A stretch of DNA of 64,000 bases from a phage: NCBI GenBank assembly GCA_033286805.1, contig GCA_033286805.1_4727.1. The stretch is one strand, 5' to 3'. Under the pieces are notes generated by a model. The model worked only from the letters and a program-made list of their open reading frames with translations, made no database searches and was not told where the DNA came from. The translations under genes were made by a program, and so were the position numbers. Numbering within the stretch: the stretch's first letter is position 1; each line of letters opens with the position of its first letter. This document shows, piece after piece, positions 27,948 through 37,995 of the stretch.

Positions 27948-30900
27948 TTACTTGTAGGCACCGCAATGGGCTTTGATGAGGAAAAGCACCGCTTGCATCG
28001 GTTTATTGAACTGTTGCCATAACGTCAATGCCGGATGGAACAGCCAATCTTCCAGGCCGAGAACAATACCGTAGTTAACGACATTATTAACATCGTTCTC
28101 AACGTTGAGTTCGCTATCCAGGAATTTATCGATTGAACGCAGGGTCTGCATGGCGTTGTCAGCAATAAGCCAAGCTTCATGTGCTTCACGAGCCGCACGC
28201 AGCACTGCCTCCAGTTCGCTGATAGTAGCTACCGGTAATTCCTCACTGGTGAGGTCGTCAGAAACCGTAAACTGGCGATTGATACCGGTGTAGATCCACT
28301 GCATCAGTTTCGCTGCTTCCTCGTTCGGGTTGTTACGCGTTGTCGCATAAGTCGCGCTCACCTTCACGATGTGCGTTTCACCAAGATACGCTTTGGAACC
28401 AACACCTTTACGATCACTGTCTTTCCACGGTTGTACGGTAGCGACCATGAGCTTATCCCATTTCTGAATAGGAATACGCTTCAGACCAACAACCGATCCA
28501 GCGGATGTTTCGGACTGGTTGCTCTTCCGCACGTCACTGAGTTCACGATCGATAGCAACGATTAATTCACGCGTCATGTTACCAAGCATTTTGATTTCAC
28601 CCAACGCAGCGATGAGCTTCTTCACATCGGTAACAGGTTCACCACCGATGGTAAGATGACGGATGAAACGTTTCAGAATAATCCGTTCTGCTGCTGGGTT
28701 ACCGCGACGCGCTTTAGCCAACGCTTGCTGTGTTTCGGCGAACAGCTTATCCCATGGAGCCGTAGCGGCGGTATAGTAACGATGGTTGGTTTCAATCCAG
28801 TTACCGATACGGTTGACCGCGGTCTTAACGGTATCCATGAATCCTTCCATCGCAATTTCGGTAGCTTCGACGTTACCCTGGAAGTTATCAGGACCGATCT
28901 CGCGTGCCGCTACCAGAATACCTTCCACTGCACTCACCGCATGACGACCGATAGCCAGATTTCGCTGCGCTTCTTCAGCACGCTCAACGAATTCCACCAC
29001 CGCAGGATCGTCGACGATTTCCGCCTCGGCAACAGCACGCGTACCCGCATCACCTTCCAGCGTTTCGATGGTGACAACCGGATCGTTTTCACCAGCAACA
29101 TCCTGGTACTCTTCCTGTTTGAGTTCGCCGTTATCGACCGCAGCGACAGCGGTGAGTATACGGACGGTAACATCACCGAGTTCTTTCGCAGCGAATCCGT
29201 AGACGGTACATGCTGTTGTCGCAAAGTTCATCAGTGTGCGTGTGCGTTTAACGATGTAACCAACATCGTAATCGTTGCCGCTCTTATCGATGTCGCGGAT
29301 TAACCGTTCAGCTGTCTCCTGAAGCTGTGTAGCTGCTTTCAGAAGGTCCTCATCAAACAGTTTCGTTGACGCATCGATCAGCATATCAACACTAACGTTA
29401 GACGGCACAGCATCATCCTGCTGTTTCATGGCGCTAAGTTCGTCGCGGAACTTACGAATACCGTCTAAAGCGGCGTCGGCGCTATGTCCGAACGCGGCCA
29501 CGCCAGACATTGTTGTTGCTGTCAGCATGTCCGTATCAGCGTTTGGACTTTCGCCTTCTTTAAGATCCTTCAGCTGGTCGAAGAACTTACGGGATGCTTC
29601 AGCGATACGTTTGCTGTCTTTTACCGCGTTTACGATTTTATCGACGGATTTAGCGTCGTTTGCAAGCAGCGTATCGAGTTTGTTCCATTCGACATCGACT
29701 TTCGTCGCATCCTTAGTATCGCTTGGCGGAGGAAGCAGTTTCATCACTGGGGTTGTGCGTTGTTCTTTGGTCAGCTTGTTGGCCTTCCCTTCGATTTTTT
29801 TCTTATTAACACCAAAGAGATTTTTCAAACGCGCCACGATGGCTTTTAAGAACTTCACAACCGCTTCGTAAACCGATTTCAGAATCTGTTTAAAGCGACC
29901 CGGCTGCTTTTCCCCGTCTTCCAGATTAAGATCGCTGTTCAGTGCGACATCAAGCTGTTTGTACGATTCCATGATGTATTCGTCTTTGATTTCAGGACGA
30001 ATCTCGAAGCTTTCCATCGGACCTTCAGCCGGACGGAATTCCATTTTCAGTTCGCCTTGCAGAGTAGGGTCGACAATGGCGATCGCTTCACCCTGACCAT
30101 CAGCGTTAAAGCGTTCAGCGTAACGAGTACGGCGAACAATAACACTCTTATCCCCATCAAGACGACGTACCACCATGGTGCCAGGAATGTACGGTTGTTC
30201 TGTTTCAATGACGGTTACATCTGTCTCACCTTCACCGAGAATAACAGAAGCGCGCTGTTCAACAACAGGAACATCTAATACGCCACGGGCTTCCAGCTCT
30301 TGATGAATTTCGAACGACTCTTGTTTCAGATCTTCATCTTCTTCGTTTTCGTCGTCTTCATCATCGTCACCTTTGGTGTTTTCATCACCCTTGGTGGTTG
30401 TGTCGTCGGTGGCACCAGCGTCAGCGTCGGTGTTAGCAGGTTCTTCGGACGCAGGTTCGGTGGTGTTGTCCTCCGTGGACGACCCGTCAGTGTTATCGAC
30501 CTCAACATCGCCTTGCAGTTCTGTTTCCTGAGCAACTGCTTCGGCTTTCTGCTCACCGGTATTACCATCATTAGCGTCGACAACAGGTTGTTCGTCAGCG
30601 ACGGTATCTTCAACCTTTTCTACTTTCTCTACGACACGTTTAATCACGGTGACTTTGATGGGTTCTTCCGTTGTTTTGGTTTCTGGCGTCACCTCGGCTG
30701 CCGCAGCCACTGTTTCAGCAACAGGTTCTGCTTTTTCCGGTTCGACGACATTACCTTTAACCCCTTGGGTGGTTTCTGCAGGTTGTGCTGCCTGTTCGAT
30801 TTGCGCCGGATTGGTTGGATCGATGGCGTTAGCCGCATCCTGAATCTTGTTCTTCAGGTTGTCGCGGTCAGCGTTAACGGTCGGGTCGTTGGTCACTTTC

Positions 30901-31334
30901 GGTGCCGGTGTTTCGGTCGGTGCGTTTGCCGGATACGGGTTCTTCGGCTCTTCGCCAGGTGCGGTCGGTACCGCGATCAGAACGAACGGTTGAACATCGT
31001 TACCGTCTTCCATGGTTACGCCACCGTTGCTCGGTGTGAAACGAATTCGTAAACTGCCATCAATAGGACGGGTCACAATAACAGCACGTACGACATCCTC
31101 GCCGTTCTCATCCGTGCTACGAATCACACGAACAGCGTCATCAACGGTAGCCCCTTCCTCGAGCGTATCTGATTCGATCGTCGCTTCGATGCTGTCTGGC
31201 CGTGCCGCTGTAGGTAATGCGATCACTTGCTCTTCTTTATCAGTAGAAAGCGTTGCTTTGACTTCGATAGGTGTATCGCCGCTTTCCAGGTTAAGATGCG
31301 ACTTACGCATCAGATCAGCTAACGATTTTTTCAT
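27948..31334 (-). CDS. very large hypothetical protein (1128 aa) with about 180-aa acidic T/E/D-rich low-complexity region; inner-body or ejection-protein-like
   Basis: ORF track; AAGAGGAA RBS; acidic low-complexity region at about aa 150 to 330; alanine-rich helical remainder. Confidence 0.6.
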   Translation of the reverse strand: MKKSLADLMRKSHLNLESGDTPIEVKATLSTDKEEQVIALPTAARPDSIEATIESDTLEEGATVDDAVRVIRSTDENGEDVVRAVIVTRPIDGSLRIRFTPSNGGVTMEDGNDVQPFVLIAVPTAPGEEPKNPYPANAPTETPAPKVTNDPTVNADRDNLKNKIQDAANAIDPTNPAQIEQAAQPAETTQGVKGNVVEPEKAEPVAETVAAAAEVTPETKTTEEPIKVTVIKRVVEKVEKVEDTVADEQPVVDANDGNTGEQKAEAVAQETELQGDVEVDNTDGSSTEDNTTEPASEEPANTDADAGATDDTTTKGDENTKGDDDEDDENEEDEDLKQESFEIHQELEARGVLDVPVVEQRASVILGEGETDVTVIETEQPYIPGTMVVRRLDGDKSVIVRRTRYAERFNADGQGEAIAIVDPTLQGELKMEFRPAEGPMESFEIRPEIKDEYIMESYKQLDVALNSDLNLEDGEKQPGRFKQILKSVYEAVVKFLKAIVARLKNLFGVNKKKIEGKANKLTKEQRTTPVMKLLPPPSDTKDATKVDVEWNKLDTLLANDAKSVDKIVNAVKDSKRIAEASRKFFDQLKDLKEGESPNADTDMLTATTMSGVAAFGHSADAALDGIRKFRDELSAMKQQDDAVPSNVSVDMLIDASTKLFDEDLLKAATQLQETAERLIRDIDKSGNDYDVGYIVKRTRTLMNFATTACTVYGFAAKELGDVTVRILTAVAAVDNGELKQEEYQDVAGENDPVVTIETLEGDAGTRAVAEAEIVDDPAVVEFVERAEEAQRNLAIGRHAVSAVEGILVAAREIGPDNFQGNVEATEIAMEGFMDTVKTAVNRIGNWIETNHRYYTAATAPWDKLFAETQQALAKARRGNPAAERIILKRFIRHLTIGGEPVTDVKKLIAALGEIKMLGNMTRELIVAIDRELSDVRKSNQSETSAGSVVGLKRIPIQKWDKLMVATVQPWKDSDRKGVGSKAYLGETHIVKVSATYATTRNNPNEEAAKLMQWIYTGINRQFTVSDDLTSEELPVATISELEAVLRAAREAHEAWLIADNAMQTLRSIDKFLDSELNVENDVNNVVNYGIVLGLEDWLFHPALTLWQQFNKPMQAVLFLIKAHCGAYK

Positions 31335-31349
31335 AAAGCGTTATTCCTC

Positions 31350-32456
31350 TTAAAAGTAATATTTCAGCGCCTCGCGAGAGACATCAAGCATAGCCGCTGT
31401 TGAATTCGTAAAGAACTCGGCATAGCCCACAAGCGGCACCTTGATCCACGCGGTATACGCTGTAAGGTATCGAGAAAGGGCTACCATAGCATCATCAGAA
31501 GCAGTAGTAACTGACAACTGACCTTGTTGACGATAAACGTCGTTAAGTTTTGCTTGTAGATTCCCTGCGATTTCGAGTAACTCGTTGGCGTACTTTTTAC
31601 GATGGTAACTAACCAGTAAATCAACACCCGTATTTACCGACTCGAGTAGCACACCAACTTGTTCTAATGTTGGCATTGTAACCACCATATCCCGTTCAAC
31701 TGACGGTACATCCTGGACTTCAAACCGTGCGGATTGAATGGTGAGGGACTGTTGAATTGAACCAGAACCTGAGGCGGTAACCTGATCGAGTCGTAGCGTA
31801 CGGTTACCCAGTAACGTTACATTGACGAGTCTCGATTCGTTCAGCGTACTGTAGACTTTGTGCAATAACGTATACGCGTCACGGTTAATCACATCGATTA
31901 ATGCGGTATCCGTCTGTTTTAAGATAATGTCGAGCGCTCTATCTAACGTATTAGCGAACTGCTTGAAATCATCACGGAACGACGAAGACAAGAGATATTC
32001 AGCGATTGCCAAATTCTGTTTGTATAACGTATTCCCAGTTGTGAAGTCGAATCCAAAACTGTTCCCATACCGTAGGTGCGGTGCCAGCGTTGACGAAGCT
32101 TCGAAGCTTTGCGCGATGGGTTTACGACCAACGGCTTTTGTGTAGTGACGGCGGATGTTGCTGAGTTCGAGCTGTAGTGCGCGACTACGATCGATAAACC
32201 GTGCGATAAACGCGGTAATGTTCCGCAACGTTGTCCAGATCGCATCGATGATGGCTTTGATGATTTTCATCGCAAGCTGATTGTACGATTCCATCGTGAG
32301 GAGATCAGCACTTTCTGTGGTATAACCGGTTGCCGGAATACCGCCTGCTTGCTGATAAATAAGCTGGTGAATTTGTCGTTGCGTTGCTGTCTCTGGCACA
32401 GGTAATGTTTTTAACAAGCTTAACGCTTGAATCTGTCCGTCATAGGTCTGCAGCAT
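31350..32456 (-). CDS. head/inner-body-like paralog family member 1 (about 368 aa)
   Basis: ORF track start 32498 lacks an RBS and overlaps the upstream gene by 59 nt; ATG at 32456 has GAGGAAA RBS; architecture shared with the next four genes. Confidence 0.55.
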   Translation of the reverse strand: MLQTYDGQIQALSLLKTLPVPETATQRQIHQLIYQQAGGIPATGYTTESADLLTMESYNQLAMKIIKAIIDAIWTTLRNITAFIARFIDRSRALQLELSNIRRHYTKAVGRKPIAQSFEASSTLAPHLRYGNSFGFDFTTGNTLYKQNLAIAEYLLSSSFRDDFKQFANTLDRALDIILKQTDTALIDVINRDAYTLLHKVYSTLNESRLVNVTLLGNRTLRLDQVTASGSGSIQQSLTIQSARFEVQDVPSVERDMVVTMPTLEQVGVLLESVNTGVDLLVSYHRKKYANELLEIAGNLQAKLNDVYRQQGQLSVTTASDDAMVALSRYLTAYTAWIKVPLVGYAEFFTNSTAAMLDVSREALKYYF

Positions 32457-33741
32457 TGCTGGTTTCCTCAAGTTCGAGATGCGCGTCAAGATAATCATTA
32501 AGACCGTCGATGACGTCGCAGACAGTTAACAGGAATCGGGCAAAAGCAACCGCCTGGAAGCCGACGACGTTACGCGCGATACCCACACGTTGAACGATAG
32601 CGGATGCGGTGGTATCGTCGTTGTCCATCTGTTGTAGCAAACGCTCGTAAGGTTGAATCCATTCGTCCTGGTCGGCAAGGCTTGTTTCAAGACAACGTTT
32701 AAATTCCAACTGTCGTAGCGTAGACCATAACGTACTTAATGCGTTGATGATCGCGTTGGTTCCGTCGATAACATCGTTTAACGGTAAGAAACGGAATCCG
32801 TCTTTTGCTGATTGGAAAGGTACAGCCTCCCACACAACACTGAACTGCGTTCCTGATGCGTCTTCGATGTTGTGTAATTTAAGGTAGGAAGCACCAACAG
32901 GAACGTCAACGACCAGATCGTCTGTTCCGGTAGGTGTTAACGGTTTCTCGCATAACGCATCGTTGATGACTTCGAGGATATTCTCCCAACAGGCTTCGTT
33001 TTCTGCAGCGATACCTTCTTTGTTATCCGCTGATGGTGCTTTTAGTAGCTGCATTAATAACGGATCGAGTTGACGATGCCATGCTGCGAGGATTCCTGTG
33101 TTCGTTACGATGTTTTCTGCGGTTTGTCGTAAATCAGCAATGCTGCTCACCGCACCGCCTTTCGGATGAAGATATCGCCAGTTGTAAGGAAAGTTCTCCC
33201 AGAATGCGTTATCTTCATTAACATCGTATTCGGAAATAGTTTTCAACGCAGCCGCTTTCTTTAATAACGGCTTCACCTGACGAACGAATCGACGATAACA
33301 ACGATTGCAGATATCGATCGCGTAGCGGTATAATTCGTTCATGTAAAGCCATAACGCTCGGGTTGCTTCTTTTGCGGTCTTGTCAAAACTTTCCATGTTC
33401 AAGCTCATCCCGCTGGAAGTTTCCTCTTCCATACCTTCGATGATGTGGTTTGGATCCATCCCCATCCCGGCTGCTGCGGTCGATGCGATATGTTTGATGG
33501 TGTTGATATCGCGTTCCTCGACTTCAGCCATGTTTGGGACAATATCCAGCCTGAGTTTATTTAATGTTTGAAGGTGTTGTTCACCTTCTTTCATCACCGT
33601 GTTTGTTTCGTCGATTGAGTGAAACTGATTCTCAATATTACTGGCATCGAGAATGTTGCCAGCGATACCGAACGATTCTACAGGTTCATCATCAATCCCT
33701 TGAAACAACGATGTCATGGGTTGTTGTAACACGTTTTCCAT
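32440..33741 (-). CDS. head/inner-body-like paralog family member 2 (433 aa)
   Basis: ORF track; AGGAG RBS; ...IKHIASTAAAGMGMDPNHIIEG... aligns with ...IRQIASTSAANLGMSDEDMFQ... in the 429-aa paralog. Confidence 0.6.
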   Translation of the reverse strand: MENVLQQPMTSLFQGIDDEPVESFGIAGNILDASNIENQFHSIDETNTVMKEGEQHLQTLNKLRLDIVPNMAEVEERDINTIKHIASTAAAGMGMDPNHIIEGMEEETSSGMSLNMESFDKTAKEATRALWLYMNELYRYAIDICNRCYRRFVRQVKPLLKKAAALKTISEYDVNEDNAFWENFPYNWRYLHPKGGAVSSIADLRQTAENIVTNTGILAAWHRQLDPLLMQLLKAPSADNKEGIAAENEACWENILEVINDALCEKPLTPTGTDDLVVDVPVGASYLKLHNIEDASGTQFSVVWEAVPFQSAKDGFRFLPLNDVIDGTNAIINALSTLWSTLRQLEFKRCLETSLADQDEWIQPYERLLQQMDNDDTTASAIVQRVGIARNVVGFQAVAFARFLLTVCDVIDGLNDYLDAHLELEETSNAADL

Positions 33742-33848
33742 TTGGGACTCCTACGTAGGAAAATCTTGGCGGGTGATCATGTCCGCCATTTACCTTCTGA
33801 ACCGTTGATTCAGAAGTCAAAAGATAACCGGATACCAACGTCATAAAA

Positions 33849-33880
33849 CCTTCCTCCAACCCAACAGGGAAGGAGGAAGG
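33849..33880 (-). terminator. GC-rich hairpin (CCTTCCTCC / AACCCAACAGGGAA / GGAGGAAGG)
   Basis: perfect 9-bp stem after the stop of gene 33891..35180; followed on the minus strand by TTTTATGACG. Confidence 0.55.
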
Positions 33881-33890
33881 GATATAGTGG

Positions 33891-35180
33891 TTATGCTTTT
33901 TCGGTTACAGCGTCGAAGTATTTCGCTGCAGCAAATACAGCATCTGCATATTGACGGTTAGCAACACGGAGGATCTTAGCTGCTAATACTGCACTCAAGC
34001 GTGCCATTTCAGAAATGGCGCTTATATAAGGGCGAACGGTTTCACGATCTGCTTCCGGTAGATTGTCGAGCATACCGTCCCATTTAGTTTTAATTTTCAT
34101 ACCGTTTAGTTTAGCAGTACGTTCGACAGTACTCGTTAAACTTTCGGTCTGGCGGAAATATGCAGGGTCAACAATACGAAATACGTTAAGATACGAAGTC
34201 AGTGCGGCTTTCAATTCGTCGTCGTTATTGAAAATGTTCGCGTTTTCGATATTACCGGTCGCGGTTTCTTCAACTTCGATCTGAATATTCTTCACGAGCG
34301 CGCAGGCCTTAATGGTATCTTTCTCAGCCAAAAGAGCGTCAAGACCTTTAACAACATATCGTTTCCCACCGCTTTCTGGTATTTTGAGTCCTTTTAACGC
34401 AGGCTTGATAGCGTAAATATAATCGTCCAGAATATCGGCAAGTGTCGTCAAATCGGTTAGTTTATTAACTTTCTTGTTAATGTCGTCAGTTTGGAGTAGT
34501 AAAAAAGTGGATGCTTGTGTGGATGCCGCTAACTGCTCAATATGTTTACGAATCTCCAACGCGTTAACCGTTTTTGCGTTAGGGAACATGCTAATCATAT
34601 TCCCGGTCGGTTTATTTAGTTGTTTGATGTGACGCTCGCCTTTATTTACAGCGGTTGCAACATCAGTAATTTTTTTATACGCTACAGCAAGGTTTTTGAA
34701 AAGCAGCTGAATCAGTTTACATAACTGTTCAGCCATGTTCGCAATGATTACCCAAACTGCGTATAACGCTTGCGCAGCGCGTTCTTTAAAGCCTTCCAGT
34801 ACGATAGCTTGCCCTTCCACCAAACGATCGTCAGCTTGGAACATGTCTTCATCAGACATCCCCAGGTTTGCTGCTGACGTCGAAGCAATCTGACGGATAA
34901 GGGCGATGTCGCTCGCACGTGCTTCAGGGATCGTAGGTGCGATCATGTACGCGGTATCTTCCAGCGTTGCTGAGGTACGCACCGCAATTTCAGCCAGTTC
35001 GCTGGATTCATCGATTGTCTCGTCGGTACGTCGAATCACCAACTCAACTTCGTCCTCTTCGATTTCTGCGTTGGGATCATTTTGCTCCGCTGGAATTGCC
35101 GCAAGAAGATCTTCGGCGCTGAGCAGTGCGAGTTCGAATGCGTTTTTATTGACGTTATCAAAAAGAGAGATGCGGGCCAT
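33891..35180 (-). CDS. head/inner-body-like paralog family member 3 (429 aa)
   Basis: ORF track; AAGGAA RBS; acidic N-terminal region then ...LVEGQAIVLEGFKERA..., matching ...VEVGEALVVEGFKDTV... in the 438-aa paralog. Confidence 0.6.
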   Translation of the reverse strand: MARISLFDNVNKNAFELALLSAEDLLAAIPAEQNDPNAEIEEDEVELVIRRTDETIDESSELAEIAVRTSATLEDTAYMIAPTIPEARASDIALIRQIASTSAANLGMSDEDMFQADDRLVEGQAIVLEGFKERAAQALYAVWVIIANMAEQLCKLIQLLFKNLAVAYKKITDVATAVNKGERHIKQLNKPTGNMISMFPNAKTVNALEIRKHIEQLAASTQASTFLLLQTDDINKKVNKLTDLTTLADILDDYIYAIKPALKGLKIPESGGKRYVVKGLDALLAEKDTIKACALVKNIQIEVEETATGNIENANIFNNDDELKAALTSYLNVFRIVDPAYFRQTESLTSTVERTAKLNGMKIKTKWDGMLDNLPEADRETVRPYISAISEMARLSAVLAAKILRVANRQYADAVFAAAKYFDAVTEKA

Positions 35181-35189
35181 GTTAGTTCC

Positions 35190-36506
35190 TTAACCTTTGG
35201 TATAAGCTTTAACGAGAGTGTTGATAAATGAGGTCAATGCACGAAGATATTGGTAAGCGAATTGGTTTTCAATACGGTTCTCTTTACCGCAAAGCAGAAT
35301 CGCGCGCTTAACGAGCTTAGGATAGATCTCAACGTACGGTTGGTAGCTTGCATCAAAATTCTGTTCGTTGAAGCGTTTCATGGTGATTTCCTGGATGCGC
35401 TCCATGGTACGAATTTTATTGCGAGAGAACATCTCAGAGAAAGCACGTCCGCGTTTTGTTACCATCAACAGATCTTTCGCGAACGTCAGTTGTCGAACGC
35501 TACGCAAATCGTCAGGTGTCGGCAGGACGTACGTTTCCGGGTCACTATCCCATTCAACATCTTCAACGACAATATCCAAGTCGAGGTAACGTTTAACCGC
35601 ATCGACGATATTGTCTTTTGATGCGTCGAATTCTTTCAAGAAGACCGCGCCGTTGATGTAACGAATGCGTTTTCCGGAAACCGTTGGAGTGATAACGTCA
35701 GTACCTTCCACGGAACCGCGATTTTCCAGCGTTGATTTGACAGCGTTCAAGAAAGACAGGTAATCAACGGGAAGTTTTTCAACCTTATCTAAATGGAAGT
35801 CGATGATGTTTAACCCCAACCCATCAATAACCGAATAGCCGTCCGATTTAAGGAACATCTGATTGAAGGTATCAATGTTGCTTTTCAGCGTGTCTACACC
35901 ACCAACGTTGTTACGGTTAGGGAAAAGTGTCCGCCACTCCGCTTTAAACGCAACTTCTTTATTTTCCTTGTATTTGCCTTTAGGCATTTGTTCGAGGTCT
36001 GCAACGGCTTTCTGAAAATTGCGCGTCTCGTCGTAAACAAGACGGGTAAGCTTCTCGAAGGCTGCTGCCAAGGTCAGGGCAATATCAACAATGATATCCC
36101 AGATCTTTTTCATGGCTTTTACAACGGTGTCCTTAAACCCTTCAACAACCAAAGCTTCTCCAACTTCAACACGATCGGTTGGAGTCAGCAATGCTTCGGA
36201 GGGTAGACCCAGAGCAATCGATGCGGATTCTTGCACATTACGAACTAATGCAACGTCACTGTAGTTAGCCGATTCGATAGTCGGAGCAACATCAAAACTG
36301 ATTTCCCGTAATGCGGCAACAGCAGGGAAAGCACGATCAAGTGCATCTTCATGTTCGTCGATTGTCGCCAAACGTAATTCAACGCCATCAGCATCGATGA
36401 CATCGGCTGTAGGCTCCACAGCAAGCGCCTCAGCAACAATAGGATCTTTTTCAAACGCCTCAAGGCTGATATCGCCTTGGGTCGCAAATAGCGGTATGTG
36501 TACCAT
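35190..36506 (-). CDS. head/inner-body-like paralog family member 4 (about 438 aa)
   Basis: ORF track start 36530 is TTG; ATG at 36506 has GGAGA RBS; preceded by hairpin plus TTCTATGCC about 43 nt upstream. Confidence 0.6.
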   Translation of the reverse strand: MVHIPLFATQGDISLEAFEKDPIVAEALAVEPTADVIDADGVELRLATIDEHEDALDRAFPAVAALREISFDVAPTIESANYSDVALVRNVQESASIALGLPSEALLTPTDRVEVGEALVVEGFKDTVVKAMKKIWDIIVDIALTLAAAFEKLTRLVYDETRNFQKAVADLEQMPKGKYKENKEVAFKAEWRTLFPNRNNVGGVDTLKSNIDTFNQMFLKSDGYSVIDGLGLNIIDFHLDKVEKLPVDYLSFLNAVKSTLENRGSVEGTDVITPTVSGKRIRYINGAVFLKEFDASKDNIVDAVKRYLDLDIVVEDVEWDSDPETYVLPTPDDLRSVRQLTFAKDLLMVTKRGRAFSEMFSRNKIRTMERIQEITMKRFNEQNFDASYQPYVEIYPKLVKRAILLCGKENRIENQFAYQYLRALTSFINTLVKAYTKG

Positions 36507-36554
36507 GTGTTGTCTCCAGTAATGATTCAAAAGATAAACCTGAGCGGCATAGAA

Positions 36555-36586
36555 CCCTCTCCCAACCCGTCAGGGAAGGGAGAGGG
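36555..36586 (-). terminator. GC-rich hairpin (CCCTCTCCC / AACCCGTCAGGGAA / GGGAGAGGG)
   Basis: perfect 9-bp stem immediately after the stop of the highly biased 440-aa gene; TATG on both flanks. Confidence 0.6.
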
Positions 36587-36608
36587 AATATGTCAGTTTA
36601 TTAACTGA

Positions 36609-37931
36609 TTACTGCTGTGCTGCGTCAGCCGGTTTCTCAGCCGCCTGGCCGCCGTACTCTTTCAGCATTTTAGCAACGCCATCCAGGACAGCGTTACCTG
36701 CCTGAACACCGTATTTCATCAGACCGGTCTGCGGGTTCACGTAGCAGGAACGTGCGTCTTTCAGCGCAGACAGTACAGCTTGAACACGCTGTTTTTCCTG
36801 AGCGGAAACTTCGCCTTTCTTAGACAGATCGGCTTCCATATCGTCACCGAATTTAACAGCGTCTTTGAAGCCCTGGGATTTCTTACCGATGTTGCCTTTC
36901 AGCGCCAGCAGTTTGTCAGCCAGTACTTCAACACCGCTAACCGCAGCAGCCAGCTGGTTCAGGGACAGGACGGTAGCTTCAACTTCTTTTGCTTCGCCGG
37001 TGCGTTCCCAGGTTACTTTACCATCGTTGGCTTTGAAACCCCAACCTGCCGGACCAGCAACGTCAGCAATCGCCGGAGCGTTCAGTTTATCAGCGTACTC
37101 GGTGTGAGATTTAGCAACAACGGTACCAACGAATTTATCAGCGCGATCGTCAGCAGCCTTCATTGCTTTCTCGAAGGTGTCAGCGATTTTGGTCGCGCCG
37201 GTAACCAGATCGTCGCCACCGATGTAGCCAGAAACGCCGCTACCCAGTTTAACTTTGGTATTTTTAGCAGCGCCTTTACGTTTGGCGATCATTTCTTTCA
37301 GTTTAGCGGCACGTGCTTTCAGCTTGGTTGCGCCGTCGAAGATACGATCCATGAACTTCACGAAGGTTTCCCAGGAAGTCTTCAGGAAGTTCTTGATGGT
37401 TGCCCACAGTTTCTGCCACCATTTTTGTTCTTCCAGGAAGATCATGTTGGTTGCATCGTAGCGGGAAGCGGAACCACCGAAGCTTTCGAAGGACGGCATG
37501 GTTTCCGGCAGTTTGAAACCGATAGTACCGCACAGACGTTTCAGATTACGCATGTGTTCCTGAGCGGTTTGTGCAGACATACCACCGTCTTTCAGGTAGC
37601 TTTCGGTTGCAACAACGGTTTCCGTCAGTTCATCCATGGCTTCGTCCATGGCTTCTGCGGTTTCGTCGTCTTTTGCAATTTCGATAACAACAGCATCAAC
37701 CTGCTCGATATCACCACGAACTTCGATAGCCAGTTCGGTTTCAGCTGCGGTATCTTCAGCGATTTCAGCACGTTCGGTCAGTTCAGCCACAACGGTTTCA
37801 TCCGCTGGTGCAGCATCAGCTGCCGGTTCTGCTTCAACGGTTGCCGCTGCATCCGGATCGATCTCAGCAGCCAGTTGAACCAGCTGTGCGTTAGATGGAT
37901 TTGCGACAAGACGATCAAAAATAGAAGGCAT
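36609..37931 (-). CDS. abundant head/inner-body-like paralog family member 5 (440 aa)
   Basis: second strongest codon bias in the window; AAAGGAAA RBS; acidic A/E/D/T-rich N-terminal about 110 aa with A-x-E sites, then K/A-rich helical region. Confidence 0.65.
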   Translation of the reverse strand: MPSIFDRLVANPSNAQLVQLAAEIDPDAAATVEAEPAADAAPADETVVAELTERAEIAEDTAAETELAIEVRGDIEQVDAVVIEIAKDDETAEAMDEAMDELTETVVATESYLKDGGMSAQTAQEHMRNLKRLCGTIGFKLPETMPSFESFGGSASRYDATNMIFLEEQKWWQKLWATIKNFLKTSWETFVKFMDRIFDGATKLKARAAKLKEMIAKRKGAAKNTKVKLGSGVSGYIGGDDLVTGATKIADTFEKAMKAADDRADKFVGTVVAKSHTEYADKLNAPAIADVAGPAGWGFKANDGKVTWERTGEAKEVEATVLSLNQLAAAVSGVEVLADKLLALKGNIGKKSQGFKDAVKFGDDMEADLSKKGEVSAQEKQRVQAVLSALKDARSCYVNPQTGLMKYGVQAGNAVLDGVAKMLKEYGGQAAEKPADAAQQ

Positions 37932-37995
37932 AATTTGTTTCCTTTACAATAAATTGCACATTAGCTAATGCGGCTTAAGTGAACCATCAGCCCAC

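Noticed and set aside
28656-31052. Plus-strand ORFs of 215 and 250 aa inside the 1128-aa minus-strand gene
   Set aside because: Antisense ORFs within a long, continuous minus-strand gene; low-complexity translation.
36780-37952. 390-aa plus-strand ORF antisense to the abundant 440-aa paralog
   Set aside because: Shadow ORF caused by codon periodicity of the highly expressed minus-strand gene.
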